A DNA stretch of 64,000 bases from an uncultured Gammaproteobacteria bacterium (lineage in GTDB: Bacteria > Patescibacteriota > Patescibacteriia > Magasanikbacterales > UBA922). This document shows positions 62,991-64,000 of the stretch, piece after piece. The stretch covers positions 1,068-65,067 of the forward strand of contig CAYFPJ010000002.1 of NCBI GenBank assembly GCA_964344965.1, written 5' to 3'. Numbering within the stretch: position 1 is the stretch's first letter; each line of letters starts with the position of its first letter. The notes under the pieces are model-generated. The model was not told the origin of the DNA. It saw only the letters and a list, made by a program, of their open reading frames with translations, and did not search any database. The position numbers and the translations under genes are program-made.

Positions 62991-64000
62991 TTAATAAGTT
63001 ATTCTTTTGCGTAAAAGTTTTTTGTTTATTTCTAATTTTTTAATAATTTTTATAATTTGTTCCGAGACATCACCTTCTCCAAGGCGATTACCGCACTTGC
63101 CCAATCCTTTTATATAACCACTGTCTTTCAACACAAAGTGTATTTTCTTTACTATATCTTCTTTGTCAGCCAAGGCATCAACCACATTCTTTTCTCTTGC
63201 TCTACCAAGTTGCCTATTACCAATATTTATTGCTGGCAACCTGAGGTAAGGAGCCTCCACCAATGCACATGATGAATTGCCTATCAAAAACTGGGCATTA
63301 TCAAGAAGACTCAAAAAATCCAGATGCTCAATATTTTTATAGATCAAAAACTGTGGATCATCCTGTACTTCTTCTATGGCATTGACCACTTTTTCATACC
63401 CAGGATCTGAGCATGGGTATATAATGAAAGCTCTATTTTCTGATGACGATTTGACCGCCTCGATGATGGAGTGCATGTATTCTCCATTCTTATCTGGGGA
63501 CTCAAATGTGTCTGGATGGGTCAGTATTATACTATATTTTTCGCCTTTTTTCAAGCCGTATTTAGGTGCTATTTTTTCGATGGTTGGGTACATTTTTTTG
63601 ACAATTCTATCTATATATAGAGATCCTACGGTATGAATACGCCATTTTTCTTCTCCCATTTTTTTTATTCTTTCTGTTGAATCATCTGATTCAGGAAAGT
63701 GTAGGTGGGCTAGCTTGGTAATGGCATGTCTCTGAATATCATCTATATTTCCAGATACATCACCACCTTGGGTGTGAGCAATAACAACACCCAGATTAAG
63801 AGCAGCAAGAGCCATCACCAGGTGCTCCCCCCTATCCCCGTGAACAAAAAGGATGTCTGGACTTAATTCAGATAATAATTTTGCAGATTTTTGGAGACAG
63901 ACGCCAAGATTTTCTGTACGTGCAATCGGTGAGTCGACTCGTCCAGCTCCCATTTCAATAATTTCTAATGTAGAATTTGGGAAGAGCGATTGCGCTTCTT
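62991..64000 (-). CDS. hydrolysing UDP-GlcNAc 2-epimerase (NeuC-like), second paralog, N-terminus beyond the window edge
   Basis: Epimerase_2 C-terminal blocks (HTQGGDVSG, HPDTF). The in-frame reading continues upstream of the listed Met to coordinate 64000. Confidence 0.7.
   Translation of the reverse strand, partial: EAQSLFPNSTLEIIEMGAGRVDSPIARTENLGVCLQKSAKLLSELSPDILFVHGDRGEHLVMALAALNLGVVIAHTQGGDVSGNIDDIQRHAITKLAHLHFPESDDSTERIKKMGEEKWRIHTVGSLYIDRIVKKMYPTIEKIAPKYGLKKGEKYSIILTHPDTFESPDKNGEYMHSIIEAVKSSSENRAFIIYPCSDPGYEKVVNAIEEVQDDPQFLIYKNIEHLDFLSLLDNAQFLIGNSSCALVEAPYLRLPAINIGNRQLGRAREKNVVDALADKEDIVKKIHFVLKDSGYIKGLGKCGNRLGEGDVSEQIIKIIKKLEINKKLLRKRITY

Noticed and set aside
1-64000. rRNA genes, CRISPR arrays, prophage or integron structures
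   Set aside because: None of these was seen. There are no long conserved rRNA stretches, no repeat-spacer arrays, and no integrase, attC or capsid genes.

Overview
This window looks like a low-GC bacterial chromosome segment with compact, mostly minus-strand genes, 4-bp overlaps and many lineage-specific hypothetical proteins. An uncultivated, Patescibacteria/CPR-like organism is plausible but this is only an inference.

Gene content, in order along the window:
- 2.1-8.0 kb: a minus-strand operon for gamma-glutamyl/thiol-type small-molecule chemistry (ChaC/GGCT-like cyclotransferase, GspS-family ATP-grasp ligase, GCS2 carboxylate-amine ligase, class-I GATase/C26 hydrolase, NAD(P)HX dehydratase).
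- 8.2-10.9 kb: an orphan TraD/VirD4-like P-loop ATPase with a very long charged tail, then an IS200/RAYT-like HUH transposase.
- 11.0-13.4 kb: a divergent Trm9-like methyltransferase and Elp3 pair around a perfect 23-bp inverted repeat.
- 13.4-21.4 kb: a block of hypotheticals that includes two paralogous two-gene modules, an EamA transporter, an N-terminally truncated QueH, and a rarA gene split in two by a repeat insertion.
- 21.4-33 kb: NUDIX, GxxExxY, glyA, murG, a UvrD-like helicase fused to a Cas4/AddB-like nuclease, HU, a tRNA-Glu(CTC)/tRNA-Met(CAT) pair with a consensus promoter and terminator, ftsI and pilT.
- 33.6-64 kb: about 30 kb of cell-surface glycan genes. These include GT4, GT2+DUF2304, a WbaP-like priming transferase, WbpA/WbpP-like UDP-GlcNAcA/GalNAcA genes and ugd. 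They also include a duplicated nonulosonic-acid set (PseB-like, NeuC x2, NeuB x2, NeuA x2, Gfo/Idh/MocA x2, a methyltransferase). Inside that set sits a sulfo-sugar module: cysN, DUF2061, cysD, an APS-reductase-type cysH and the UDP-sulfoquinovose synthase sqdB.

Several unannotated repeat and structure families stand out:
- A 149-nt structured repeat in five co-oriented copies. One copy splits rarA; others donate stop codons or C-terminal stubs to neighbouring ORFs.
- A conserved-loop, variable-stem hairpin in three copies, which is a covariation signature.
- Arrays of 8-9-bp TTTCGTA-type tandem repeats abutting start codons and promoters.
- G-poor tandem octamers directly after two stop codons.
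- Several 110-135-nt near-perfect long hairpins between co-directional genes.
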